Positions 63,160 through 64,000 of a DNA stretch of 64,000 bases are shown piece after piece. The notes under the pieces are model-generated. The model was not told the DNA's origin and searched no databases. It worked only from the letters and a program-made list of their open reading frames with translations. Origin of the DNA: a virus; IMG/VR virus record IMGVR_UViG_3300012928_003423, positions 6,932-70,931 of that record; one strand, 5' to 3'. The position numbers and the translations under genes were made by a program. Positions within the stretch are counted from its first letter, which is position 1, and each line of letters opens with the position of its first letter.

Positions 63160-63845
63160 ATTTTAGAAAATTTAAATTCTATTTTTTGGTTCCCCATTTT
63201 GATATAAGGTAAAGGTTTTCCTTTAAAAGTTAAAGCTCGAACTTTTCTGAAGAATTTTTTTTCATCATCTAATTCTTTAAATTTTAATTCATGAATTAAA
63301 TCTTTTTTCCGATGCATGATGCTTTCTTTGTCGGAAGGTATTGGTTTTAAACAAGAGCCGTTTATTATTTTTTTAAAATTTTTTTTAAGTAAAGATAATC
63401 CTAGATTATGAGCTTTGTAAAAAATATCTTCGGCTGTGTCGCTGTCTTCTATTTTAAAGAAATTAGTATCTATAATCGCTCCATCATCTAATTTTTTATT
63501 AATAAAATGCATTGAAGCTCCATGTTTTTTGTCTTGATTTAATATGGGGTAAGAAGAGCAGTTAGACCCCCTATGTTTTAATCTATAGGAATTATGGAAA
63601 TTTATTATTCCCATTGGCACTTTTAATATATTACTTTCGGAAATAATTTTGTCAAAACCAAAAGATAAAATCACATCCGAAATTTCGAAAAGTTTGCTGG
63701 GCTTTTCTTCTGGCAAGCCAACATCAACAGGGGGATTCCATATCCCGCACAGAGTGTAATTAGAATCAATAGAATCTTTCTTTATCCAATTTATGTATGG
63801 ATTCCAGTATGATTGACCTCCACAAAGTATGCTACAGTTAATCAT
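63156..63845 (-). CDS. Sugar N-formyltransferase (FMT-like)
   Basis: INFHNSYRLKHRG (catalytic N,H), GASMHFINKKLDDGAII (catalytic D). Confidence 0.88.
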   Translation of the reverse strand: MINCSILCGGQSYWNPYINWIKKDSIDSNYTLCGIWNPPVDVGLPEEKPSKLFEISDVILSFGFDKIISESNILKVPMGIINFHNSYRLKHRGSNCSSYPILNQDKKHGASMHFINKKLDDGAIIDTNFFKIEDSDTAEDIFYKAHNLGLSLLKKNFKKIINGSCLKPIPSDKESIMHRKKDLIHELKFKELDDEKKFFRKVRALTFKGKPLPYIKMGNQKIEFKFSKI

Positions 63846-64000
63846 TATGCTTGTTTAAATTTATTTTTCTAATAGCTGAATATTTTGCACCTTCAGCCTC
63901 TTCGAATTTATCAATATTTTTTTCTAACATATTTAATTTTGATAGGTAAGACAAAAGCTGTTCTTTATCTAAAATCAAATCCTCTATTCCGCTATTAAAA
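63838..64000 (-). CDS. C-terminal end of a gene starting beyond the window
   Basis: Open frame ...FNSGIEDLILDKEQLLSYLSKLNMLEKNIDKFEEAEGAKYSAIRKINLNKHND*, overlapping the formyltransferase start. Confidence 0.6.
   Translation of the reverse strand, partial: FNSGIEDLILDKEQLLSYLSKLNMLEKNIDKFEEAEGAKYSAIRKINLNKHND

Noticed and set aside
1-64000. Stop-codon reassignment (alternative genetic code) as in some large phages
   Set aside because: Conserved enzymes translate full-length in code 11, and TAG, TGA and TAA all terminate genes

Overview
AT-rich, gene-dense segment of a large tailed-phage genome. It shows no ribosomal or core-cell genes, many short overlapping ORFs, almost all on the minus strand, and one plus-strand block at about 14.5-21.8 kb. 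No capsid, terminase or portal gene lies in this window. Contents: (i) small hypothetical genes plus a macrodomain; (ii) an operon uvsE - tRNA-Thr/Arg/Leu - pyruvoyl decarboxylase - ATE/Bpt-like aminoacyl-tRNA-protein transferase - DUF1415-like; (iii) a porin-like gene with a small membrane protein, RuvB and a PD-(D/E)XK nuclease; (iv) a plus-strand block with an orphan m5C methyltransferase, an ECF sigma factor and a tandemly duplicated [novel domain + sigma-like factor] module; (v) glycosyltransferases, FkbM, an NDT-like gene and a kinase-HIGH nucleotidyltransferase fusion; (vi) ClpC, a split DnaE (separate PHP gene), a DEDDh exonuclease, GuaC, primase, DnaB and RecA; (vii) a ribonucleotide reductase whose beta subunit has class Ic (Mn/Fe, tyrosine-free) residues; (viii) a GDP-fucose / GDP-N-formyl-perosamine-type sugar cluster running off the right end. 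Three tRNAs, two intrinsic terminators, many sigma70-like promoters placed for leaderless mRNAs and a recurrent GTGTA upstream motif are visible. Several proteins resemble families typical of Verrucomicrobia/PVC bacteria, suggesting such a host (inference). All family assignments come from motif recognition by eye; no database searches were run.
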